From NCBI GenBank assembly GCA_039931265.1, contig JBDTSG010000147.1:17642-81641 (forward strand): a stretch of 64,000 nucleotides of DNA, in the 5' to 3' direction. The DNA is from Flavobacteriales bacterium (GTDB lineage: Bacteria; Bacteroidota; Bacteroidia; Flavobacteriales_F; PHOS-HE28). The position numbers and the translations under genes were made by a program. Numbering within the stretch: the stretch's first letter is position 1; each line of letters starts with the position of its first letter. Positions 54,330-63,926 of the stretch are shown in pieces. The notes below the pieces were generated by a model, which saw only the letters and a list, made by a program, of their open reading frames with translations, was not told where the DNA came from and searched no databases.

Positions 54330-55349
54330 ATGATCAGAGTCCTACTCTTCTCAGCCCTCTCCTGCGCCGCTCTTCTGGCTTCCGGCCAGCGTAATATCGA
54401 GGTGGGCGTTGCCGGTGGCGTCACCCATTACTACGGCGACTTGGGCAACTGGGATGGCCCGATCCAGTGGAACAGCGCTCGGCCGGGCATGACCGTCACC
54501 GTCCGCGATTTCTTCAACAACCCCAAGCGTTACGTTACCCGGGCCTTGACGATGGAAGGACGCTTGAGCTGGTTGAGGATCGGTTATGACGAAACAGAAG
54601 CAACGGGCGGAAAGAGCGGCAACGAACTGAGCAACTTCAAACGAGGTCTCAACTTCCGCACGGACCTTTTCGGGGCCAGCGCGCACTTGGTGCTGAACGC
54701 CTACCGGGAGCCTTACCAACCGCTCTTCCAACAGCGCTTCTTCGCCTACTTCTATTTGGGTGCCGGCGTTTATTACGGCCGGCCGAAGGCGGATCTTTTC
54801 CGTGGTGAGGCGAACCTCGGAAACGCCTATTACCACTGGGAAGACGGCACCCTGCGCGATCGGGAGCAGTATACCGAAGGGTCGGAGAACGCGAACGTCG
54901 TGGAGCGCGATGGTACCTATGAAACGGACCTCTACGATTGGCACACGGAGGGTGGCTGGGGGAATGCCGAAGGCGCCAACACGCAGAAGACATCTCCTTG
55001 GCATTTCGGTATGCCCTTGGGCTTCGGACTGCGCTACATGGTGAACAAGCAGATGAGCATCGGTGCCGAGTTCTCGTACATCTACTTCATCAGCGATAAA
55101 CTCGACGACGTGAGCGATCGCTACTCCACCTACGAGGAGATCGGCGAGGCCTTCCCCACCGACAGCACGCAACAGTTCATGGCGCGTTACATCAGCGACC
55201 CCAGCAGCTATGGCAGCGATGGCACCATGGGCGAGCGCACGAGCCGTCGTGGCAATCCTGGGCTACCTGATTACTTCAGCTACCTGATGGTTGAAGTGAG
55301 CTACAAGTTCAAACGCCGCCCGGCACGCCGGATCTTCGTTCATCTCTGA
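54330..55349 (+). CDS. Putative outer-membrane beta-barrel protein (DUF6089-like)
   Basis: Signal MIRVLLFSALSCAALLASGQ and an aromatic-rich alternating pattern. The call is weak. Confidence 0.5.
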   Translation: MIRVLLFSALSCAALLASGQRNIEVGVAGGVTHYYGDLGNWDGPIQWNSARPGMTVTVRDFFNNPKRYVTRALTMEGRLSWLRIGYDETEATGGKSGNELSNFKRGLNFRTDLFGASAHLVLNAYREPYQPLFQQRFFAYFYLGAGVYYGRPKADLFRGEANLGNAYYHWEDGTLRDREQYTEGSENANVVERDGTYETDLYDWHTEGGWGNAEGANTQKTSPWHFGMPLGFGLRYMVNKQMSIGAEFSYIYFISDKLDDVSDRYSTYEEIGEAFPTDSTQQFMARYISDPSSYGSDGTMGERTSRRGNPGLPDYFSYLMVEVSYKFKRRPARRIFVHL

Positions 55350-55366
55350 GCGAACTCGCGTTCTTG

Positions 55367-55398
55367 GAAAGGCCCGACATCGGGCCTTTCTGCTTTTG
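55367..55398 (+). terminator. Rho-independent terminator
   Basis: GAAAGGCCCG-ACAT-CGGGCCTTTC stem-loop followed by TGCTTTTG, 18 nt after the stop at 55349. Confidence 0.6.
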
Positions 55399-55439
55399 CC
55401 ACGGTCCTATTTTCGCGGCTCCTTCAACAGTCAAGACCA

Positions 55440-55850
55440 ATGAGCATGGACCCTCTTTTCGCCCAACTCCTTTCCGATGACGATGCGAAAGTGCTTGACG
55501 CTATCGAAAAGGTGGACCAGCGTGGCGATGCCATGGCCATCGTACCGCTCTTACACGCTTTGACCAAGGCAAACGAGATAACGACGCAACAGCGCATCAC
55601 CACCATGCTTTTCGCGGTGAAGGCAAAGGGGGCCAAAGAACAATTGCTGGCCGCGCTGGACATTCCGGAATTGCGCGCGGTGCGTCGAACCGTGCTTTCG
55701 TGTTTCTGGAACGCAGGCATCGACATGCGCGACCATCTCGACATCATCACCGGCATCGCCATCTCCGGGGATCTTGCTGAGGCCTTCGAGTGTTTCACCA
55801 TTCTACAGGAACAAGACGTTTGGCCGGAGAAACGGCGCGCACAGCGCTGA
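55440..55850 (+). CDS. Hypothetical protein (HEAT-like helical repeats)
   Basis: MSMDPLFAQLLSDDDAKVLDAIEKV... The protein-like reading continues in another frame to 55948 (see findings). Confidence 0.5.
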   Translation: MSMDPLFAQLLSDDDAKVLDAIEKVDQRGDAMAIVPLLHALTKANEITTQQRITTMLFAVKAKGAKEQLLAALDIPELRAVRRTVLSCFWNAGIDMRDHLDIITGIAISGDLAEAFECFTILQEQDVWPEKRRAQR

Positions 55851-55949
55851 TCCGCTTCCGCAATGCGGCCGCAAGCCAGGATGATCGGGTGAAAACCTCG
55901 CTTCTCAGCGATATGGCCGCTGAACTGGAAAGCCGTCTCGGCAAGTAGA

Positions 55950-56900
55950 TCAGCTGCGCAAGTACGCTTCCACGTTGCGTTGGATCCGCGCGGAGATATC
56001 CGTGGTATCCGCAGGAACGAAAGGCGCGCCGGTGATCCTGTCGTGCAGTTCGATGTAGCGGTCCGTAACGCTTTGCACGAAAGCATCGTCCATGTTCGGC
56101 ACCTGCTGGCCTTCCTTCCCCATGAAGCCACCAGCGATCAGCCACTGCCGCACGAACTCTTTGCTCAGCTGCTTCTGTGCCTCACCGCGTTGCTGGCGCT
56201 CTTCGTAACCTTCCAAGTGGAAGTAGCGCGAACTGTCCGGAGTGTGGATCTCATCGATGAGGATGATCTCGCCGACGTCCGTCTTCCCGAACTCATACTT
56301 GGTATCCACCAGGATCAACCCTCGCTTGCGCGCGATCTCGGTACCCCGGGCAAAGAGTGCGAGCGCATAGCGCTCCATTGTTGCCCATTCCACATCGGTG
56401 CAAAGGCCGCACTCAAGGATCCCGGCCGGAGTAATGTCCGCGTCATGTCCTTCATCGGCCTTGGTGCTGGGCGTGATGATCGGTTGCGGAAAACGATCGC
56501 TCTCCTTCAAGCCATCCGGCATCGAAGCACCGCACAGCATGCGGTGCCCCTCGTTGTACTGTCGCCATGCATGGCCGCTGAGATATCCGCGCACTACCAT
56601 CTCAACCTTCACCGGAGCGCAGGCTTGTCCCACGATCACCTGCGGGTCCGGCATGGCCACCGCCCAATTCGGCGCAACACCGCGCGTAGCCTGTAGCATG
56701 CTCCAACTCACTTGGCTCAACACTTGTCCCTTGTGCGGGATGCCACGCGGCAGGATCACATCGAAAGCGCTGATGCGATCGCTCGCCACCATCACCATAC
56801 GGCCGTCGGCCAAACGGTACACATCACGCACTTTGCCACGGTAAACATCCGTGACTTTCGGAAGGCGCAGGTCACTGCGCATCAATGTCGTATTGCTCAT
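55950..56900 (-). CDS. purC: Phosphoribosylaminoimidazole-succinocarboxamide synthase (long form)
   Basis: [32 protein letters not shown] is the SAICAR synthetase signature. Confidence 0.9.
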   Translation of the reverse strand: MSNTTLMRSDLRLPKVTDVYRGKVRDVYRLADGRMVMVASDRISAFDVILPRGIPHKGQVLSQVSWSMLQATRGVAPNWAVAMPDPQVIVGQACAPVKVEMVVRGYLSGHAWRQYNEGHRMLCGASMPDGLKESDRFPQPIITPSTKADEGHDADITPAGILECGLCTDVEWATMERYALALFARGTEIARKRGLILVDTKYEFGKTDVGEIILIDEIHTPDSSRYFHLEGYEERQQRGEAQKQLSKEFVRQWLIAGGFMGKEGQQVPNMDDAFVQSVTDRYIELHDRITGAPFVPADTTDISARIQRNVEAYLRS

Positions 56901-57862
56901 CGCGGGCTTTCGCGTTCGCGTTCCTCGTCACGTTCCCTGAAAGCCTGCACAACCCGCGTTACCAGCTCGTGGCGGATGATGTCCTTCTCGTCCAACTCGA
57001 TCACCGCGATGCCCTCCACATTGCGCAGCATCTCGACGGCAGGGACCAGCCCACTTGGCTGGTTGCGTGGCAGATCGATCTGGGTAACATCGCCGGTGAT
57101 CACGAATTTGGCACTGCGCCCCATCCGGGTCAGGAACATCTTCACCTGCGGGAGCGTTGCGTTCTGCGCTTCATCCAAGATCACGAAAGCATTGTCCAAG
57201 GTGCGCCCGCGCATGAAGGCGAGCGGTGCGATCTGGATGATGCCATTGTCGATGTTCTCGGCCAGCTTCTGCACGGGGATCATGTCGCGCAGCGCATCGT
57301 AGAGCGGCTGCAGGTATGGATCCAGCTTGTCTTTCAGATCGCCCGGAAGGAACCCCAGGTTCTCCCCTGCTTCCACCGCTGGGCGTGTAAGTATGATCCG
57401 CCGCACCTTCCGGTCCTTCAAAGCCTTCACAGCAAGCGCAACAGCGGTATATGTCTTCCCGCTCCCCGCTGGGCCGACCGCGAAGACCATGTCGTTCGTC
57501 GTTACCGCCTCCACCAAGCGTTGCTGCCCAGCCGTGCGAGCTTTGATCCGCAAGCCTTGGTTGCCGTGCACCAGTGTGCCCGGTTCATCGTTCTCCACCG
57601 CGCCACGGTCACCATTGCCCATGATATCGTCCAGCACCTTACGCGGCAGGTCGTTGAAGCGTTCCACATGCTTCACCAGTTCGTCGAAGCGCTCGCCGAA
57701 CCGGTTCATCTCATCCTCGTCGCCTTTCACCATCAAGGTATCGCCGCGCGCGATCAGGACGAGCTTCGGGAAAAGCCCTTTGATGATGCGCAGGTTGCTG
57801 TCGTTGGCGCCAAGGACAGCCATCGGGTCGGCGCCTTCAATGATGATCGTGCGTTCGCTCAA
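56897..57862 (-). CDS. phoH: PhoH-family ATPase
   Basis: [16 protein letters not shown] (Walker A) ... ILDEAQNAT... A TTG start at 57862 ([13 protein letters not shown]...) gives the canonical ~321-aa PhoH; the track's 505-aa version adds junk 5' sequence. There is a 4-nt overlap with purC. Confidence 0.75.
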   Translation of the reverse strand: MSERTIIIEGADPMAVLGANDSNLRIIKGLFPKLVLIARGDTLMVKGDEDEMNRFGERFDELVKHVERFNDLPRKVLDDIMGNGDRGAVENDEPGTLVHGNQGLRIKARTAGQQRLVEAVTTNDMVFAVGPAGSGKTYTAVALAVKALKDRKVRRIILTRPAVEAGENLGFLPGDLKDKLDPYLQPLYDALRDMIPVQKLAENIDNGIIQIAPLAFMRGRTLDNAFVILDEAQNATLPQVKMFLTRMGRSAKFVITGDVTQIDLPRNQPSGLVPAVEMLRNVEGIAVIELDEKDIIRHELVTRVVQAFRERDEERERESPR

Positions 57863-58096
57863 GGAGATCGTGTTGCTGCGGCCGAAGGTATTCGGCGCTT
57901 GGTTCTCCGTTGTTGTCCTGACCTGATGTCGAAAAGGATGGCGTTCCCCGCATCGCGCCTTGGCGCCAAGGACGCGCGGCGAACCTTCATTGATTTTCAA
58001 CCGATGCGCTTGAACAACTCTTCCACTCACGGGTGTGGGTGACAATAGTTTCGTCCTCCCTTCGCAAGGCCCCCGACCATATCGGGACTCTGAAGC

Positions 58097-58894
58097 ATGC
58101 CCATCATCACCCTCACCACCGATATGGGCCTGAAGGACCACTACGTGGGCGCGGTGAAAGGCGCGATCCTGACGCAATGCCCGGAAGCGACGATCGTGGA
58201 TATCAGCCACCACGTGGCCACCTTCGACAACACACAAGCTGCTTTCGTGCTGCGCAACGCCTATCCGGAATTCCCACGCGGTACCATCCACATCATTGGT
58301 GTGAACCCTGAAGCGGATGGCCGAACACCGCACTTGGTGGTACGGCACGACGGCCACTACTTCGTAGGTGCCGACAATGGCATCTTCAGCCTGCTCTTCG
58401 ATGGCAAACCGCATGAAGTGTTCGAGTTAACGATGAAGCTGGATGCCGATCACCTCGCCTTTCCGGTGAAAAACGTGTTCGTGAAGGCCGCGTGCCACAT
58501 TGCGCGCGGCGGAACACCCGAAGTGATCGGGCGCCGCACAGTGGAACTACGGGAACAGGTCGGCTTCCGCCCGGCATTGGACGAGAAGAGCATCCGTGGA
58601 AGCGTGCTTTATGTCGACGCATACGGCAATGTGGTCACCAACATCACGAAGGGCCTCTTCGAGGAGCAGCGCAAGCGGCGCAACTTCACCATCACCTGCG
58701 CCAAGCATGGCAACGATATCAGCACGCTGCACGAGACGTACAGCGACGTGCCGGAAGGCGAGCGTGTGGCTTTTTTCGGCGACACGGGTTATCTCGAGAT
58801 AGCGGTGAACAAAGGGGTGGACGGAACTGGCGGCGGGGCTTCGCGCCTTTTCGGTCTGCGGGTGCGTGACAGCGTCCGCATCGAATTCAATTGA
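58097..58894 (+). CDS. SAM hydroxide adenosyltransferase (DUF62 / fluorinase-chlorinase fold)
   Basis: MPIITLTTDMGLKDHYVGAVKGAIL...IVDISHHV...LYVDAYGNVVTNI. Confidence 0.85.
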   Translation: MPIITLTTDMGLKDHYVGAVKGAILTQCPEATIVDISHHVATFDNTQAAFVLRNAYPEFPRGTIHIIGVNPEADGRTPHLVVRHDGHYFVGADNGIFSLLFDGKPHEVFELTMKLDADHLAFPVKNVFVKAACHIARGGTPEVIGRRTVELREQVGFRPALDEKSIRGSVLYVDAYGNVVTNITKGLFEEQRKRRNFTITCAKHGNDISTLHETYSDVPEGERVAFFGDTGYLEIAVNKGVDGTGGGASRLFGLRVRDSVRIEFN

Positions 58895-58900
58895 ACCAAG

Positions 58901-59197
58901 ATGGTGGTGCGCGTGGTGAAAATGACCTTCCGCCCGGAAGAGTGCGACCGCTTCCTTGAACTGTTCGATGGCTGGCGCCACCGCATCCGCGCGTTCCCGG
59001 GTTGCCGTTACCTGGAACTTTTGGGTGAGCAGGGAAACAGCGGGGTTTTCATGACCTACAGCGAATGGGACGATCCCTCCGACCTTGAGAACTACCGTCT
59101 TTCCGCGGTGTTCGCCGAAGTCTGGCCCACGGTGAAAGGCATGTTCGCCGCACCCGCCGAAGCGTGGACCGCGGACCGTTTACACCGCATGCCGTGA
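58901..59197 (+). CDS. ABM-domain (antibiotic biosynthesis monooxygenase-like) protein
   Basis: About 98 aa with a ferredoxin-like pattern, MVVRVVKMTF...FMTYSEWDDPSDLENY. Confidence 0.55.
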   Translation: MVVRVVKMTFRPEECDRFLELFDGWRHRIRAFPGCRYLELLGEQGNSGVFMTYSEWDDPSDLENYRLSAVFAEVWPTVKGMFAAPAEAWTADRLHRMP

Positions 59198-59215
59198 ACG
59201 CCATCTTTGTGGGGC

Positions 59216-60091
59216 ATGACGCGCAACCTCCTTCTCGCCTTTTTCGCCCTGCCTCTCTTGTCCATTGCACAAGGCACGGCCAACGATCATTACCTCAACG
59301 CACAAGCGGCCTATTCATCGGGCAATTGGACCACGGCGCATGCGCTTGCCGATAGCGCCATCGCGGCCGACGCCACGTTCGCCAAAGCTTGGAAGCTGCG
59401 TGGCGATTGCAAGCAAAAACTGAAGGACCCGAAGGCCTCGCTGGAAGATTATTCGCAGGCCATCAAGCTGGACAAGTCCGATGCTCGCGCGTACGTGAGC
59501 CGAAGTGCTGCGCGTATCACCTTGGGCAACCACAACGGGGCGCTGGGCGACTTGGACAAGGCCATAGAACTTACCCCGGATGATGCGGACATCCTGTACA
59601 ACCGTGCTTGCGCCAAGTACATGGGCGGGGATAACAATGGTGCTCTGCGCGATGCACAGCGGGCCATGAAACTGAACGAGGGGATGGCCGATGCGCTCTT
59701 CCTCAGTGGCGTTATCAAGGGTGAAGAACAGCGCACCGAGGAAGGCTTGCTGGAAGTGGAGGCAGCCTTAAAAATGAAGCAGGACATCCCCGGTGGAGCG
59801 ATGGCATTGGCCCTCCTGTACTACGACCAAGGGGAATGGGATCAGGCCATAGCACGACTGGACGATGTGATCGCCAGGGCTGACACGGGAGCTGCCGAAG
59901 CTCACTACTACCGCGGCGACTGCTACTACAACCTGAAGAACAAGGAAAAGGCTTGCGAGGATTGGACCATAAGCGCTTCGCTGGGTGACAAGGAGGCCAA
60001 GTTCATCCAGAAGAACTACTGCCTCACGGACGAGGAGAAAATCCCGAAGAAGCCGAAGAAAGGAAGGAAGAAGAGCGTGATCGAGTTCTGA
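59216..60091 (+). CDS. Tetratricopeptide-repeat protein, secreted
   Basis: Signal MTRNLLLAFFALPLLSIAQG; repeated AxxxxGxxyxxxGxxxxAxxDxxxAI TPR units. The track start at 59207 is a TTG. Confidence 0.75.
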   Translation: MTRNLLLAFFALPLLSIAQGTANDHYLNAQAAYSSGNWTTAHALADSAIAADATFAKAWKLRGDCKQKLKDPKASLEDYSQAIKLDKSDARAYVSRSAARITLGNHNGALGDLDKAIELTPDDADILYNRACAKYMGGDNNGALRDAQRAMKLNEGMADALFLSGVIKGEEQRTEEGLLEVEAALKMKQDIPGGAMALALLYYDQGEWDQAIARLDDVIARADTGAAEAHYYRGDCYYNLKNKEKACEDWTISASLGDKEAKFIQKNYCLTDEEKIPKKPKKGRKKSVIEF

Positions 60092-60137
60092 TCACCTCTT
60101 CATGCTGCTCAGAAGGAAAAGGTGACATTCTAAACGC

Positions 60138-60576
60138 ATGCGTAGTGCTCGATGCATCCTTTCCATTCTGAGCTGTGTAATTGCCTCCTGCTCCGAAACA
60201 AGGTTGTCTGACGGAGTAAAACTTGCGGATAGCCTGTACTTCTTCGGCGGGGACAATCAAGAGGGGATCATCTACCAATGGAAAGCCGAATCAGTCGGGC
60301 AGTTCAGGTACACCATTAGTAGTTGGCGATGTCTTGCTGTGTTCCGCGCGTGGGAAGTACCTCTTTGTTGCAAGCCGACTGGACCCTATCGAGGCTGTGG
60401 AATATTGGCTGATCGACACTGAACAAGACCGGACGGCCTACTACGCTGAGGGACTTAGCAGCATGGAAAGGGACTCCATCTTGCGGAAAGGGGTAATTGG
60501 TCCGTTGACACCCCCTGATACAGGATCATACTTGACCGATCTACCTCCTGCGAGGCACACTTGGGTGGCACAATGA
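60138..60576 (+). pseudogene. Putative lipoprotein gene interrupted by a frameshift, in a lower-GC (~50%) islet
   Basis: Frame 0 ORF 60138..60422 begins MRSARCILSILSCVIASC (lipobox-like) and is protein-like up to ...AESVGQFRYT. Frame +1 ORF 60223..60576 is protein-like from ...LVVGDVLLCSARGKYLFVASRLDPIEAVEYW. The frame switch lies near 60305..60325. Confidence 0.4.
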
Positions 60577-60589
60577 CCTAGAATGGGCC

Positions 60590-61924
60590 TCACGTTTTGT
60601 GGCCTCCATTCTCACCTAGCGTGATCCCCACCAACTCATGCTCCCTCGCCTCGGTAATCTCGACCTCGGCAAAATCCCCGATGCGCAAGTGCCCGGCGGA
60701 GGTTGGGATCAGCACGTCGTTATCGACCTCCGGTGAGTCATGCTCTGTGCGGGCATGATAGAAGCCGCTCTCAGCCTTGTCAACGAGCACGCGGAGGGTC
60801 CTGCCCACCTTGGCTTGGTTCAGTTCGAAGCTGATGCCGCCCTGTAACTCCATCATCTCGTTGGCGCGCTGCTGTTTCACTTCGAAGGGCACATCATCCT
60901 CGAAGGTGTGTGCATGGGTGTCCTCCTCATGGCTGTACGTGAAGCAGCCAAGACGATCGAAGCGCATGCGCTCGATCCAGCGCAGCCCGTCCTCGTGATC
61001 CTCCTGCGTTTCCCCCGGAAAACCGGCAATCAGCGTTGTGCGGATGGCGATGCCCGGAACGCGATCGCGGATGTCACTGACAAGTTTCTCCGTCTTCTCC
61101 TGGGTGATGCCACGGCGCATGCGCGTGAGCATTCGGGTGCTACCGTGCTGCAAGGGCATGTCGAGGTAGTTGCAGATGTTCTTGCGGTCGCGTATCACAT
61201 CGAGCACTTCCATGGGGAAACCGCTGGGGAAAGCATAGTGCAGACGGATCCAGTCGACGCCCTCCACGTCGCTGAGACGCTCGAGCAGTTCGCTCAGGTT
61301 GCGCTTCTTGTAGATATCGAGGCCGTAGTACGTGAGGTCCTGCGCTATGAGGATGAGTTCCTTGGTGCCGCCGGCAGCGAGATTCCGGGCGTTGGTCACC
61401 AACTGCTCCATTGGCGTGCTTACGTGCTTGCCACGCATGAGCGGTATGGCACAGAAGGAGCATTTGCGATCGCAGCCCTCGCTGATCTTGAAGTAGGCGT
61501 AGTGGACCGGGGTCGTGAGCAGCCGCTCCCCCACCAGTTCATGCTTGTAGTCGGCTTTCAGGGTCTTGAGCAACCGTGGCAGATCGCGCGTGCCGAACCA
61601 TGCGTCCACCTGCGGGATCTCGGCTTTCAGCTCCGCACCGTAGCGCTGGCTGAGGCAGCCGGTTACATATACCTTCTCCACCAAGCCCTGATCCTTCGCT
61701 TTAGCGTAGCTGAGGATGGTGTCGATGCTCTCCTGCTTGGCGTTGTCGATGAAGCCGCAGGTGTTGATGACGACCACGTTGTGCTCGCCGCTCTCGCTCT
61801 CGTGGTCAACACTGATGCCGTTGGCCTTCAACTGCGCCATCATCACCTCGCTGTCGAAGGTGTTCTTGGAGCAGCCCAGGGTGACGACATTGACCTTGGT
61901 GGGCTTGAGGGTTTTGGCTTTCAT
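60590..61924 (-). CDS. rimO: Ribosomal protein S12 methylthiotransferase
   Basis: KVNVVTLGCSKNTFDSEVM...VINTCGF...EGCDRKCSFCAIP...TRAM domain. The ATG at 61924 (MKAKTLKP) is used; the track ORF is 5'-extended. Confidence 0.9.
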   Translation of the reverse strand: MKAKTLKPTKVNVVTLGCSKNTFDSEVMMAQLKANGISVDHESESGEHNVVVINTCGFIDNAKQESIDTILSYAKAKDQGLVEKVYVTGCLSQRYGAELKAEIPQVDAWFGTRDLPRLLKTLKADYKHELVGERLLTTPVHYAYFKISEGCDRKCSFCAIPLMRGKHVSTPMEQLVTNARNLAAGGTKELILIAQDLTYYGLDIYKKRNLSELLERLSDVEGVDWIRLHYAFPSGFPMEVLDVIRDRKNICNYLDMPLQHGSTRMLTRMRRGITQEKTEKLVSDIRDRVPGIAIRTTLIAGFPGETQEDHEDGLRWIERMRFDRLGCFTYSHEEDTHAHTFEDDVPFEVKQQRANEMMELQGGISFELNQAKVGRTLRVLVDKAESGFYHARTEHDSPEVDNDVLIPTSAGHLRIGDFAEVEITEAREHELVGITLGENGGHKT

Positions 61925-61997
61925 GAAGGGCCGCAAAGGAAAGCAACCCGGCCGTCCGTAACCCTTTTGGCAAAGGTCCGTTCCAACGGCCGCTCCA

Positions 61998-62480
61998 ATG
62001 AACCAGAATCTCATCCAATATGAAGGTCGCCTCAGCTCCGAGATCCGCGTCCAGCTCATCGACCTGCTGAACGTGGTTTCGCTGGCCAACATGGGCAAGC
62101 GAACCGACCTGAAGAAGCTCTGCGGCATCGCCTTGGAGCTATTGGACAATGCCCAACGCTACTGCAGCTCGGGCGGGGTGAACTTCGAATGGCGCATCGA
62201 CGGGACCCAACTGGTTGTGAGCATTACGAACAATGCCGTGCGCGAGGATGCCGAACGCTTGGTGCAGACGGTGAACGATATCAACAATATGAGCGCTGAG
62301 CAGGTGACCGAAGCTTTCAGGGCTCAACTCACCAACGAGGAATTCGGTGCTAAGGGAGGTGCGGGACTGGGTATGCTGCAGATCGCCAAGAAGACCGGCA
62401 GCCGCTTGCTGGCAACTGCTGAACCCGCTTCGGCCAATGAGTACTTGTGCACCAGCCAAGTAGCTGCCAACCTCGCCTGA
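61998..62480 (+). CDS. SiaB-like GHKL-fold putative kinase (DUF6272-like)
   Basis: ...ELLDNAQRYCSSGG...GAKGGAGLGMLQIAKKTGS resembles the anti-sigma-factor/SiaB-type ATPase N and G boxes; it is paired with a DUF1987 gene. Confidence 0.5.
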   Translation: MNQNLIQYEGRLSSEIRVQLIDLLNVVSLANMGKRTDLKKLCGIALELLDNAQRYCSSGGVNFEWRIDGTQLVVSITNNAVREDAERLVQTVNDINNMSAEQVTEAFRAQLTNEEFGAKGGAGLGMLQIAKKTGSRLLATAEPASANEYLCTSQVAANLA

Positions 62481-62490
62481 ACCTGCCCCA

Positions 62491-62895
62491 ATGCAAGCCC
62501 TGATAATCCCCGCCTCCAGCAACACGCCCGGCATTTGGTTCGAACCCGGCAGTGCAACCTTCGAACTAACGGGCAATTCCATTCCGGAGAATGCCAGCGA
62601 GTTCTACCAGCCTGTGATGGGTTGGCTGGCAAACCACCTGCATCTGCTGGATGGTGAACAGATCCTGCGCATCAAGCTCTCCTACTTCAACAGCACTTCG
62701 CTGAAAGCATTGTACATGATGCTGAAGCTGGTGAAGGATGCGAACGCCATGGGCAGCAACATGCGCGTAGAGTGGCACATTGAAGAGGACGATGAACTCC
62801 TGATGGAGACCCAGGCCATGTTGAGCGAAATGCTCGGCATGCCCATGGAGGTGATCGCCTGCGGTGATCGTGGCGCGAAGCGCGAAGCGATCTGA
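62491..62895 (+). CDS. DUF1987 (SiaC-like) protein
   Basis: MQALIIPASSNTPGIWFEPGSATFELTGNSIPENASEFYQPVMGWL is a typical DUF1987 N terminus. Confidence 0.6.
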   Translation: MQALIIPASSNTPGIWFEPGSATFELTGNSIPENASEFYQPVMGWLANHLHLLDGEQILRIKLSYFNSTSLKALYMMLKLVKDANAMGSNMRVEWHIEEDDELLMETQAMLSEMLGMPMEVIACGDRGAKREAI

Positions 62896-62904
62896 GCGAA
62901 CAAG

Positions 62905-63864
62905 CTACTGCTTGAACAGCGCCTCCGTGAAGGCGTGTTTGTCGAACACTTGCAGGTGATCGATACCCTCCCCAACGCCCAGATACTTGATGGGCACTTG
63001 GAACTGTTCACTGATACCGATCGCTACGCCTCCTTTAGCGGTACCGTCGAGTTTTGTCAGTACGAGTCCTGTTACCTGTGTGGCGGCCGTGAAGGCCTTG
63101 GCCTGCTCGAAGGCGTTCTGCCCGGTTGAGGCATCCAGGACCAACAACACCTCGTGCGGCGCGTCCCGGATCACCTTCTGCATCACGTTGCGCACTTTGG
63201 TGAGTTCGGCCATCAAGTTCACCTTGTTGTGCAAGCGACCCGCCGTATCAATGATGACCACATTGGTGCCCTTCGCTTTGGCGCTCTCCACGCTGTCGAA
63301 CGCGACAGCCGCTGGATCGGCACCCATGCCTTGCTGCACGATGGGCACGCCCACACGCTCGCTCCAGATGCGCAACTGATCCACGGCAGCAGCACGGAAG
63401 GTATCGGCGGCGCCGAGCAGCACACTTTGCCCAGCCTTCTTGTACGCGTTGGCCAGCTTACCGATGGTGGTGGTCTTCCCAACGCCGTTCACCCCCACCA
63501 CCATGATCACATGCGGCACATCGCTCTGGGGAAGAGCGAAACCCGGACCCTCCGGATCCCGCATCAATCCGGCGATCTCCTCCCGTAGCAACCCGTTCAG
63601 CTGATCCGTGCCCACGTATTTGTCGCGCGCCACCCTTTCCTGGATCCGCTTGATGATGCGCAACGTGGTATCCACTCCGACGTCGCTCTGCACAAGTATG
63701 CTTTCCAATTCATCGAGCACGTCATCGTCAACAGTGCTCTTGCCCGCAACGGCCAGCTTCAGCTTGGCGAAAAAGCCCGTACGTGACCGTTCCAGCCCTT
63801 GGTCCAAGTCCTTTTTCTCCGCCTCTGTGGCAGGTGCTTTCTTGAACAGACCGAACAATGCCAT
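62905..63864 (-). CDS. ftsY: Signal recognition particle receptor
   Basis: MVVGVNGVGKTTTIGKLA...DTAGRLHNK...LTKLDGTAKGG are SRP GTPase motifs. Confidence 0.9.
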   Translation of the reverse strand: MALFGLFKKAPATEAEKKDLDQGLERSRTGFFAKLKLAVAGKSTVDDDVLDELESILVQSDVGVDTTLRIIKRIQERVARDKYVGTDQLNGLLREEIAGLMRDPEGPGFALPQSDVPHVIMVVGVNGVGKTTTIGKLANAYKKAGQSVLLGAADTFRAAAVDQLRIWSERVGVPIVQQGMGADPAAVAFDSVESAKAKGTNVVIIDTAGRLHNKVNLMAELTKVRNVMQKVIRDAPHEVLLVLDASTGQNAFEQAKAFTAATQVTGLVLTKLDGTAKGGVAIGISEQFQVPIKYLGVGEGIDHLQVFDKHAFTEALFKQ

Positions 63865-63926
63865 GGCCTAATGCGCGAAAAGGCCTCCGCAGTGGAAAGC
63901 CTTTTCACAAATGGGGTTGTTGAAGA

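Noticed and set aside
56885-58042. 385-aa plus ORF, and the 5' part (57863..58414) of the 505-aa phoH ORF
   Set aside because: The plus ORF is antisense to phoH. The PhoH N terminus is better explained by the TTG start at 57862, which gives the canonical ~321-aa protein.
60908-62023. 371-aa plus ORF
   Set aside because: It is antisense to rimO.
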